From assembly GCA_035479375.1 (NCBI GenBank), contig DATIIT010000009.1:5073-69072 (forward strand): DNA of 64,000 bases, in the 5' to 3' direction. The notes beneath the pieces were generated by a model. The model was not told where the DNA came from. It searched no databases and saw only the letters and a program-made list of their open reading frames with translations. Below are positions 10,919 to 18,753 of the stretch, piece after piece. The position numbers and the translations under genes are program-made. Origin of the DNA: Candidatus Saccharimonadales bacterium (lineage in GTDB: Bacteria > Patescibacteriota > Saccharimonadia > Saccharimonadales > UBA4665). Position 1 is the first letter of the stretch; every line of letters starts with the position of its first letter.

Positions 10919-11392
10919 ATGAAGTGTAGCCAATGCGGATGCGCCGACACGAAAGTGATCGAATCGCGCGATGCCGGCGACGGCCAAGCCATCCGGCGGC
11001 GCCGGGCGTGCCCGGACTGCGGATATCGTTTTACCACTTACGAGCGGTTGGAACGGCCGCAGCTCATCGTCATTAAGCATGACGGCACGCGCCAGCTGTT
11101 TAACCGCGAAAAGCTTCTTGGCGGGCTATACCACGCCTGCGAGAAGACGCCAGTCACCAATTTGCAGCTTGAGGCATTGGTGGCGGACATCGAGCAAACG
11201 CTGTACGCATGCGGCGAGCCCGAAGTCCAATCGTCCAAAATTGGCGAGCTGGTGATGGAACGGTTGAGCCAGCTGAACGAGGTCGCCTATGTCCGGTTTG
11301 CGAGCGTTTACCGCCGCTTTACCGACATTGCCGGATTTGAGCGCGAGCTGACGCACATCAAAAAAGCAAAGCACGAGCCTCTCCAAGTGTAG
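10919..11392 (+). CDS. nrdR: Transcriptional repressor NrdR
   Basis: MKCSQC...IESR...IRRRRAC..CGYRFTTYE zinc ribbon, ATP-cone, VAYVRFASVY. Confidence 0.96.
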   Translation: MKCSQCGCADTKVIESRDAGDGQAIRRRRACPDCGYRFTTYERLERPQLIVIKHDGTRQLFNREKLLGGLYHACEKTPVTNLQLEALVADIEQTLYACGEPEVQSSKIGELVMERLSQLNEVAYVRFASVYRRFTDIAGFERELTHIKKAKHEPLQV

Positions 11393-11542
11393 CCGGTTCC
11401 TCCGGACAGGTTTTATGGCCTGCCGGGAGGAGCTGGACAACGCTTGAGAGACGCGGCTGTCAACTCTAACAAATACATCAAAAACAATAACCTAACGCCG
11501 GCGGAAGCTTGGGAGCAGCCGCGGGCAAAAAGTGAGGGTACC

Positions 11543-14395
11543 ATGGGACAAACCACCAGTCTAACCGTTGGGCGGCTGTTTACGCAGCCCAAAACAAAGG
11601 CATACGACCAACTAACGTGGGTCAAAACGGATTCTTTAATTAAGAACCCCGCCTCGGGCAAACCGGTCTTTGAGCAAAATGACGTTGAATTCCCGGAGGG
11701 TTGGACGCTCAACTCTATCAACATCGTGGCGCAGAAGTACTTTACCGGAACGCCGGGCACAGACGAGCGCGAAGCGTCGCTGAAGACGCTGATTGACCGC
11801 GTGGTGGACACTGTGGTGCGCCAAGGCCAGCAAGAGGGCTACTTTGAAAGCGACGCCGAAGCCGAAGATTTCCGCGAGGAGTTGAAGTATGTGTTGGCGA
11901 CGCAGCGGGCAGCATTTAACTCGCCGGTGTGGTTTAACATTGGTGCGCCGGCCCGGGCGCAGCAGGCCAGCGCTTGCTTTATTTTGGGCGTCGAAGACAC
12001 CATGGAGTCGATCCTGAACTGGTACAAAGAAGAAGGCATGATCTTTAAGGGCGGTTCTGGCGCCGGGCTCAATCTGAGCCCCATCCGCTCCTCGGTGGAG
12101 CCGCTGGGCAAGAGTGCGGGCACGGCTTCTGGCCCCCTAAGCTTTATGCGTGGTGCCGACTCGTCCGCGGGCGCTATTAAGAGCGGCGGCAAGACCCGCC
12201 GCGCGGCCAAAATGGTCATCCTGAACGCTGACCACCCGGACGTTGTGGATTTCACTTGGGCGAAAGCCATTGAAGAGCGCAAGGCGCGCGTGCTGCAGCA
12301 GGCCGGCTTTGACATGCGCCTGGACGGCAAAGACATCTTTTCGGTGCAGTATCAGAACGCCAACAACTCGGTGCGCGTCACCGATGACTTCATGCAGGCT
12401 GTCCTGGACGATGCCAGCTGGGACCTCAAGGCGGTCACTACCGGCAAGCCGGTGAAGACCATGAAAGCGCGTGACCTGTTCCGCCAGATCGCTGAAGCGG
12501 CCTGGGAATGCGCTGACCCGGGCATGCAGTTCGACACTACCATCAACAGGTGGCACACCGCGCCCAAGGCTGGCCGCATCAACGGCAGCAACCCGTGCTC
12601 GGAATACATGCACCTAGACAACTCGGCCTGTAACCTGGCCAGCATCAACCTGCTCAAGTACTTGAAGGACGACAACACCTACGACATTGAGGCCTTCAAG
12701 CACACCGTAGAGCTGGTATTTACCGCCCAGGAAATCCTGGTAGGCTACAGCTCCTACCCAACGGAGCGCATCACCAAGAACGCTAAGGCGTACCGCGAGC
12801 TCGGTTTGGGCTACGCCAACCTTGGCGCGCTGCTGATGGCCATGGGCCTGCCGTACGACAGCGACGAAGGCCGCGCCATTGCTGCCGCCATCACCGCGCT
12901 CATGACCGGCCACGCCTACGCCACGAGCGCCAAAATGGCCAAGCGCGTCGGCCCGTTTGCTGGCTACCGCCAAGACCGCGAAGCCATGCTAAAGGTCTTG
13001 CGCATGCACCGCAGCGAAGTCTCCAAAATTGACGCCAGCCTGGTACAAGAAGAGCTGCTGAGCGCCGCAGCCGCCGCCTGGGACGAAGCTGTGGAACTGG
13101 GCGAATTGTACGGCGTGCGCAACTCGCAGGCCAGCGTGCTGGCGCCTACGGGTACCATCGGCTTTATGATGGGCTGCGACACCACCGGCATCGAGCCAGA
13201 CTTCTCGCTAGTGAAGTACAAGGATCTGGTTGGCGGCGGCAACATGGTCATCGTTAACCAGACCGTGCCGCGCGCCCTGAAATTCCTGGGCTACAGCCCG
13301 GCGCAAATTGAAGGAATTGTGGAGCACATCCGCGAGAACGGCAACGTCGTGGACGCACCCCACCTCAAAGACGCGCACAAGCCGGTATTTGCCTGTGCCG
13401 TTGGCTCGGACGCCATCCACTACCTTGGCCACGTCAAGATGATGGGCGCGGTGCAGCCGTTTATATCTGGTGCTATTTCCAAGACCGTGAACATGCCAGA
13501 GGACGTCACTGTGGAAGATGTAGAGCAGCTGCACATCGACTCGTGGAAGCTCGGCCTGAAGGCCGTGGCCATTTACCGCGACAACTGCAAGGTTGCCCAG
13601 CCGTTGTCCACCACCAAGAAAGACGACAAAAAAGAGGAGCCGGCCGCCCAGGCAGCCGCTGCCACCCCGGCAGCCGCTGCCGAGTCGGTCAACGACCGCA
13701 TTGTGGTCAAGGGCGCCATCCGCCGCGTGCTGCCGCGCCGCCGCACGGCCCGCACCTACAAATTCCGCATCGCCGACCTCAAGGGTTTCTTCACGGTAGG
13801 CGAGTACGAAGACGGCACGCCCGGCGAAGTATTTGTGAGCGTCTCCAAGCAGGGCTCGACGCTGCGCGGATTAATGGACGCTTTCAGCATCTCGTTCAGC
13901 CATGGCCTGCAATACGGCGTACCGCTGAAGAGCTTTGTAAAGGCCATGATGAGCACCAGCTACGCACCGAGCGGCATCACCGACGACCCGGAGATCCGCA
14001 CCGCCAGCTCTATCACGGACTACATTGCCCGCCGCCTCGCCCTGGACTACATGAGCTTTGACGACCGTTTGGAGCTTGGCCTGGCATCTATTGACGACAT
14101 GCCAGAGGAGCAGACCAGCTTGCTGACGGACGACCAGTCGGTTGACGGGCTCATTCTGGAAGCGGAAAAGGTAGCCGAGCCGGCGCTTGCCAAGGCCGCA
14201 CCGGTAGCCAGCGTGTCTGATCCTGCACCAAGTTCTAACCTCTCGCAGAAAGCCAGCCCAGCGGCCGCCACAGACCTGCCAAAGGTCGGCATCGACACTG
14301 CCGCGCCGTTGTGCTTCAGCTGCGGCAACCAAACCCAGCGGGCAGGCAGCTGCTACGTCTGCACCAGCTGCGGCAGCACCTCGGGCTGCAGCTAG
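11543..14395 (+). CDS. nrdJ: Class II (adenosylcobalamin-dependent) ribonucleotide reductase
   Basis: FNSPVWFN, SACFI, NPCSEY, SACNLAS, APTGTIG, C-terminal TSCPD-like region and zinc ribbon; GAGGG RBS before ATG 11543. Confidence 0.95.
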   Translation: MGQTTSLTVGRLFTQPKTKAYDQLTWVKTDSLIKNPASGKPVFEQNDVEFPEGWTLNSINIVAQKYFTGTPGTDEREASLKTLIDRVVDTVVRQGQQEGYFESDAEAEDFREELKYVLATQRAAFNSPVWFNIGAPARAQQASACFILGVEDTMESILNWYKEEGMIFKGGSGAGLNLSPIRSSVEPLGKSAGTASGPLSFMRGADSSAGAIKSGGKTRRAAKMVILNADHPDVVDFTWAKAIEERKARVLQQAGFDMRLDGKDIFSVQYQNANNSVRVTDDFMQAVLDDASWDLKAVTTGKPVKTMKARDLFRQIAEAAWECADPGMQFDTTINRWHTAPKAGRINGSNPCSEYMHLDNSACNLASINLLKYLKDDNTYDIEAFKHTVELVFTAQEILVGYSSYPTERITKNAKAYRELGLGYANLGALLMAMGLPYDSDEGRAIAAAITALMTGHAYATSAKMAKRVGPFAGYRQDREAMLKVLRMHRSEVSKIDASLVQEELLSAAAAAWDEAVELGELYGVRNSQASVLAPTGTIGFMMGCDTTGIEPDFSLVKYKDLVGGGNMVIVNQTVPRALKFLGYSPAQIEGIVEHIRENGNVVDAPHLKDAHKPVFACAVGSDAIHYLGHVKMMGAVQPFISGAISKTVNMPEDVTVEDVEQLHIDSWKLGLKAVAIYRDNCKVAQPLSTTKKDDKKEEPAAQAAAATPAAAAESVNDRIVVKGAIRRVLPRRRTARTYKFRIADLKGFFTVGEYEDGTPGEVFVSVSKQGSTLRGLMDAFSISFSHGLQYGVPLKSFVKAMMSTSYAPSGITDDPEIRTASSITDYIARRLALDYMSFDDRLELGLASIDDMPEEQTSLLTDDQSVDGLILEAEKVAEPALAKAAPVASVSDPAPSSNLSQKASPAAATDLPKVGIDTAAPLCFSCGNQTQRAGSCYVCTSCGSTSGCS

Positions 14396-14397
14396 CG

Positions 14398-14560
14398 TTT
14401 GGGCCCCAGTGGGCGGCTTTACCGGCTTTTCCGTCGGGAAGGCCGCTCACGCGCGGTGGCGGCGTCCGCTGAGCATGTAGTCTCATCGGCCGCCTTCCGG
14501 CTGCGCTTACGGGAGCCTTCCCGCCGGAAAAGCGCGGCGCGCCGCCCGCCCAGCCCCAAA
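14398..14560. other. Long GC-rich nested inverted repeat (rod-like hairpin; candidate ncRNA or repeat element)
   Basis: 14425-14443 pairs with 14515-14533 (one mismatch); GGGCGGC 14411-17 with GCCGCCC 14541-47; GCGCGG with CTGCGC; GGCGGC with GCCGCC; TGAG with CTCA. Confidence 0.55.
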
Positions 14561-14583
14561 ACTAGCCGGAAACGGCTAGTTTT
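14558..14583. terminator. Intrinsic terminator, possibly bidirectional
   Basis: AAAACTAGCCG-GAAA-CGGCTAGTTTT: perfect 11-bp stem with GNRA loop and A/T tails. Confidence 0.8.
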
Positions 14584-14635
14584 GCTATTCGTCAGTTAAT
14601 TGCTAGTTAATCTGGGCCTGTGCTATGCTCGAAGG

Positions 14636-14914
14636 GTGAAACTGCTTGTCCTTTACAGACCGGATTCAGAGCATTCATCTGATGTGGAGTCCTTTGCCCG
14701 CGATTTTCAAGGGCGCTATGAAGCCGGGCGCAAACTGGAGTTGGTCAGCCTCAATACCCGCGATGGCGCCGCCACAGCCAGCCTGTACGATGTCATGTCC
14801 TATCCAGCTATTTTAGTGCTTAACACCGACGGCTCAGTGCTAAACATGTGGCAGGGCATGCCCATGCCCCTCATGGACGAAGTCGCCGGCTACACCTACA
14901 ACGCCTCCAGCTAG
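14636..14914 (+). CDS. Small conserved hypothetical protein, possible thioredoxin-like fold without CxxC
   Basis: GTG start after GAAGG; KLLVLYRP...ASLYDVMSYPAILVL..DGSVL..W.G resembles a Trx-type beta-alpha pattern (inference). Confidence 0.55.
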   Translation: MKLLVLYRPDSEHSSDVESFARDFQGRYEAGRKLELVSLNTRDGAATASLYDVMSYPAILVLNTDGSVLNMWQGMPMPLMDEVAGYTYNASS

Positions 14915-14965
14915 GTTTTTTAGGTGGCAAGGTGTAAAATAGGCTTGTTATGCGTGCCGCCCTAG

Positions 14966-15165
14966 GCGGCGAAGTGGCCATCACCCACAAGCAGCGGGAA
15001 GAAATCCTTACCGAGAGTAGAACCCGCCGGAACCGCCCGGAGCACCAGGACAAGCGGCAAGCAAGCGCTAAAAGAGCCATTTCTTTTGGAAACCGGATGG
15101 TACCGCCCGCAAAAGGGTTCCGGCACAAGGCAAAAGTAATGGCTTTTTCTTTTAGGAAAGGGGCA
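14966..15165 (+). ncRNA. T-box riboswitch (ileS, ultrashort stem I type)
   Basis: Stem I GTGG-CCATCAC-CCAC with Ile specifier ATC (14980-82); stem II S-turn motifs GGAAGAA...AGTAGAACC; T-box CCGGA-TGGTACC-GCCC-gcaaaa-GGGT-TCCGG (15093-15123); directly upstream of ileS. Confidence 0.88.
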
Positions 15166-15170
15166 GTGGT

Positions 15171-18044
15171 ATGAAATTCAAAAAAGGCACGCGCCGCAAG
15201 GCCATCGAGTATGAGAAGGACCTGGTGCGCTACTGGAAAGAGCACCACACCTTTGAAAAATCGGTGGAGCAGCGGCCAAAGGACAACGCCTACGTGTTTT
15301 ACGACGGGCCGCCATTTATCACCGGCGTGCCGCACCATGGCACGCTGCTGAGTTCCATCAGCAAAGACCTGGTGACGCGCTATTGGACCATGCAAGGCAA
15401 GCGCGTGGAACGGGGCTGGGGCTGGGACTGCCATGGCCTGCCGGCCGAGGTGTTCACCGAGAAAAAGCTGGGCATCAAAGACAGGCGCGACATCGGCACC
15501 AAAGTGAGCCTGGAAGCGTACATCACCACCTGCCGCGAGAATATGGTGCAAACCGGCTCGCTCTGGGAAGACACCATTGACCGGATTGGCCGCTGGGTGG
15601 ACTTCCGCGGCGCCTACAGCACCATGGACAAAAATTACATGGAGAGCGTCTGGTGGGCCTTCAAGCAGCTCTACGAAAAGGGCAAAATTTACGAGGGCGA
15701 AAAGGTGCTGCTGTACTGCGTGCGCGACGCCACGCCCATCTCCAAGGCCGAAGTGGCCATGGACAACTCCTACCAAGACATCACCGACCCGTCGGTGTAC
15801 GTCAAGTTTAAGCTGAAGGGCGAGGACAGCTTTGTTCTGGCCTGGACAACCACGCCTTGGACGCTCCCGGCCAACGTGGCTGTGGCCGTTAACCAAGATT
15901 TTACCTACGCCGAGGTTGAAGTGGACGGCCAAAAACTCATCTTGGCCAAAGACTTGCTGGAAAAAGTGCTAACCAACGAAAAACACCAGGTGCTGCCCTA
16001 CAAAGTGCTGCGCACGCTCAAGGGCAAGGAATTGGTGGGCAAAGAGGTGGAGCCGCTGTTTGAGCACCGCGGCCCAAAGGCGCACGTCATTTACCACGAA
16101 GAGTACGTCAGCCTGGACGAAGGCACGGGCATTGTGCACTCCGCGCCAGCCTACGGCGAAGAAGACTTCATCATGGCCAAAAAAGAGGGCATCCCGGTAG
16201 TGTCGGTCATTGACGAAAACGGCTTTTACACCTCTGGCGAGTGGAAAGGGCAGTATGTGTGGGACGCGGACAAGCCCATTGCCAAAGAGCTCCACGCCCG
16301 CGGCGTAGTCTGGAAAATTGAGTACGTCCGCCACAGCTACCCGCACTGCCACCGCTGCCACACCAAGCTGATGTATCGCGCCCACCCCAGCTGGTTCATG
16401 GACATCGCCGGCCAGCGGGAGCAAATGCTGGAGCAAAACGGCAACGTCAACTGGTTCCCGGAACACATCAAGCAGGGGCGCTTTGCCAAAACCGTGGAAA
16501 GCGCGCCGGACTGGAACCTGAGCCGCGACCGTTTCTGGGCAACGGCCATGCCGGTGTGGAAAGGCACGGACGCGCACGGCAAGGAGCACGTCAAGGTGGT
16601 GGGCAGCTACGCCGAACTCAAAGAGCTCTCCGGCGTAGAGCTGCACGACTACCACCGGCCGTGGATCGACGACGTCACCTTCACGCTGGACGGCGTGGAG
16701 TACAAGCGCATCGACAAGGTCCTGGACTGCTGGTTCGAAAGCGGCTCCATGCCGTTCGCCCAGTTTCATTACCCCTTTGAAAACGTCCAAAAGTTTGAGG
16801 AAAATTTCCCGGGCGACTTCATTGTGGAGTACGTGGGGCAGGTGCGCGCCTGGTTTTACTACGTGCATGCCGTGGGCGTGGGGCTGTTTGGCAAAAACTC
16901 GTTTAAGAACGTGGCCGTAACGGGGACGCTGGCCGGCAACGACGGGCGCAAAATGAGCAAGTCTTTGGGCAATTACACCGACCCTAACGTGCTGATGGAC
17001 GAATACTCGGCCGACGCCCTGCGCTTTTTGCTGATGTCCTCGCCGCTGTTAAATGGCGAAGATTTTGCCCTCGCGGACAAAGACGTGGCCGACGTCAACC
17101 GCAAGCTCAGCATGGTCTGGAACATGTACGATTTCTTTACGCTGTACGCCGACGTGGACGGCTGGGAGTGGAAGGGCAGCTACGACGATCCATCTGCGGG
17201 GCTAGAAAACCCGCTGGACACCTGGATTGTCTCACGTGTCCACCAACTTGGGCAGGAAGTCGCCGGCCACATGGCGCGCTATGACATCCCCAACGCCACC
17301 AAGCCAATTTTGCCGTTTATTGAAGACGCCAGCAACTGGTATGTGCGCCGCTCGCGCCGCCGTTTTTGGAAGAGTGACGACGATACCGACAAGCAAAACG
17401 CCTACCGCACGCTGCACTACGTGCTGGTGCAGCTGGCGCACGTCATGGCGCCGTTCACGCCGTTTTTGGCCGAGGAATTGTTCCAGAAATTGACCGGCGA
17501 AGAGAGCGTGCACTTGCGCTTGTGGCCGGCGCCTGGCGCGGTGGATGAGCTGGTGGTGGGCCGTATGGATGTGGCGCGCGTGACAATCAACGAAGGGCTC
17601 GCCCAGCGGGCATTATCTCGCCTGAAGGTCAGGCAGCCGCTGGCGGCAGTGCACTATGGTGCTGAGGCGCAGCTTCCAGAAGAGTACGAGGCCATTATCG
17701 CCGAGGAGCTCAACGTGAAGCAGGTGGTTTACGCCGCACAAAAGGCGGGCGTTACCCTTGATACCAAGCTCACGCCAGAGCTGAAGCGCGAGGGCATGAT
17801 GCGCGAGGTGGTGCGCAACGTCCAGAGCGCCCGCAAAGCCGCCGGCCTGGACGTGGACGACCGCATCCACCTGAGCCTGTCCACCACGGACGATGAGCTG
17901 CGCCGGGCAATTACCGGGCACGAAGCCGTGATTGCCGCCGAGACGCTGGCGGTAAAAATTGTACTCGACCAAACCTTTGCGTTTGAAAGCGCCTGCGCAG
18001 TGGATAACGCGCCGCTGACCGTCTCGCTGGAAAAGGCCAACTAG
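15171..18044 (+). CDS. ileS: Isoleucyl-tRNA synthetase (type 2, no C-terminal zinc finger)
   Basis: FYDGPPFITGVPHHGT (HIGH), GWDCHGLP, WTTTPWTLP, RDRFW, KMSKS; C-terminal ELKREG..REVVR.VQ..RK..GL.V.DRI. Confidence 0.96.
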   Translation: MKFKKGTRRKAIEYEKDLVRYWKEHHTFEKSVEQRPKDNAYVFYDGPPFITGVPHHGTLLSSISKDLVTRYWTMQGKRVERGWGWDCHGLPAEVFTEKKLGIKDRRDIGTKVSLEAYITTCRENMVQTGSLWEDTIDRIGRWVDFRGAYSTMDKNYMESVWWAFKQLYEKGKIYEGEKVLLYCVRDATPISKAEVAMDNSYQDITDPSVYVKFKLKGEDSFVLAWTTTPWTLPANVAVAVNQDFTYAEVEVDGQKLILAKDLLEKVLTNEKHQVLPYKVLRTLKGKELVGKEVEPLFEHRGPKAHVIYHEEYVSLDEGTGIVHSAPAYGEEDFIMAKKEGIPVVSVIDENGFYTSGEWKGQYVWDADKPIAKELHARGVVWKIEYVRHSYPHCHRCHTKLMYRAHPSWFMDIAGQREQMLEQNGNVNWFPEHIKQGRFAKTVESAPDWNLSRDRFWATAMPVWKGTDAHGKEHVKVVGSYAELKELSGVELHDYHRPWIDDVTFTLDGVEYKRIDKVLDCWFESGSMPFAQFHYPFENVQKFEENFPGDFIVEYVGQVRAWFYYVHAVGVGLFGKNSFKNVAVTGTLAGNDGRKMSKSLGNYTDPNVLMDEYSADALRFLLMSSPLLNGEDFALADKDVADVNRKLSMVWNMYDFFTLYADVDGWEWKGSYDDPSAGLENPLDTWIVSRVHQLGQEVAGHMARYDIPNATKPILPFIEDASNWYVRRSRRRFWKSDDDTDKQNAYRTLHYVLVQLAHVMAPFTPFLAEELFQKLTGEESVHLRLWPAPGAVDELVVGRMDVARVTINEGLAQRALSRLKVRQPLAAVHYGAEAQLPEEYEAIIAEELNVKQVVYAAQKAGVTLDTKLTPELKREGMMREVVRNVQSARKAAGLDVDDRIHLSLSTTDDELRRAITGHEAVIAAETLAVKIVLDQTFAFESACAVDNAPLTVSLEKAN

Positions 18045-18130
18045 CCGGCCCGCGGGCACTTTACAGATGAGCCCAGATCTGATACTATCTCATGGTAGTT
18101 AAATTTTCCCGTAAGGAAAGAGTAAAACGT

Positions 18131-18439
18131 ATGAAAAAAGCAGTTATCGCAACCGGCGGCAAGCAGTACCTCGTAACCGAGGGCGAGACATTGCAGGTTG
18201 AGCTGTTGCACCTCGATGGCAAGACCGCCACTTTTGAGCCGCTGTTGGTGGTTGACGGCGACGCCGTTTCTGTTGGCGCGCCAATCGTCGACAAAGCCAA
18301 GGTGACGGCCGAAATCGTCGAAGCCGACGTCCAGGCCGACAAAGTCACCGCCATCCGCTACAAAGCCAAGAAGCGGGTACACAAAGTGCATGGCCACCGC
18401 CAGCACCAAACCACGATCAAAATCAGCAAGATTGCCTAA
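18131..18439 (+). CDS. rplU: 50S ribosomal protein L21
   Basis: AVIATGGKQYLV...YKAKKR..K..GHRQ; AAGGAAAG upstream. Confidence 0.95.
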   Translation: MKKAVIATGGKQYLVTEGETLQVELLHLDGKTATFEPLLVVDGDAVSVGAPIVDKAKVTAEIVEADVQADKVTAIRYKAKKRVHKVHGHRQHQTTIKISKIA

Positions 18440-18454
18440 AGTTTCGGCTGGGCC

Positions 18455-18463
18455 TGTGGATAA
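18455..18463 (-). promoter_or_regulatory. Consensus DnaA box (TTATCCACA on minus strand)
   Basis: TGTGGATAA exact match; near-matches at 18517-25 (TTTTCCACG), 31898-906 (TTGTCCACA) and 40328-36 (TTTTCCACA). Confidence 0.5.
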
Positions 18464-18495
18464 AACAGCAGCGAGCATCGTCGCTGCTGTTTTTT
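18462..18495 (+). terminator. rplU intrinsic terminator
   Basis: AAAACAGCAGCGA-gcatcg-TCGCTGCTGTTTT followed by more Ts. Confidence 0.85.
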
Positions 18496-18753
18496 ATACA
18501 TCACGAAATGTACGATTTTTCCACGCGGAAACGGGTAAGCACGAACATTTACGGTGATATTTATAACTCGTTGTTACCATAACAACGCTTGACCATGGAC
18601 TGTGACGCCCAAAGGTGATGGAATAATACTCTGTATTTTCCCCGTTTTAGGGCTTGTCGAGCCGTATCTGTTAACCGGATAATGGTATGGTACTCCAAAG
18701 TCTACCCTGTAGACCGGAAACAAAAATAACCCAAAAAACCAACACAAACACCC

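Noticed and set aside
14480-14510. SRP RNA (CCGGAAGG on the minus strand)
   Set aside because: The flanking CAGG and AGCAG internal-loop nucleotides of helix 8 are absent.
14950-15174. 74-aa ORF upstream of ileS as a protein or leader peptide
   Set aside because: It coincides with the T-box RNA, which explains the sequence; it has no Ile-codon run.
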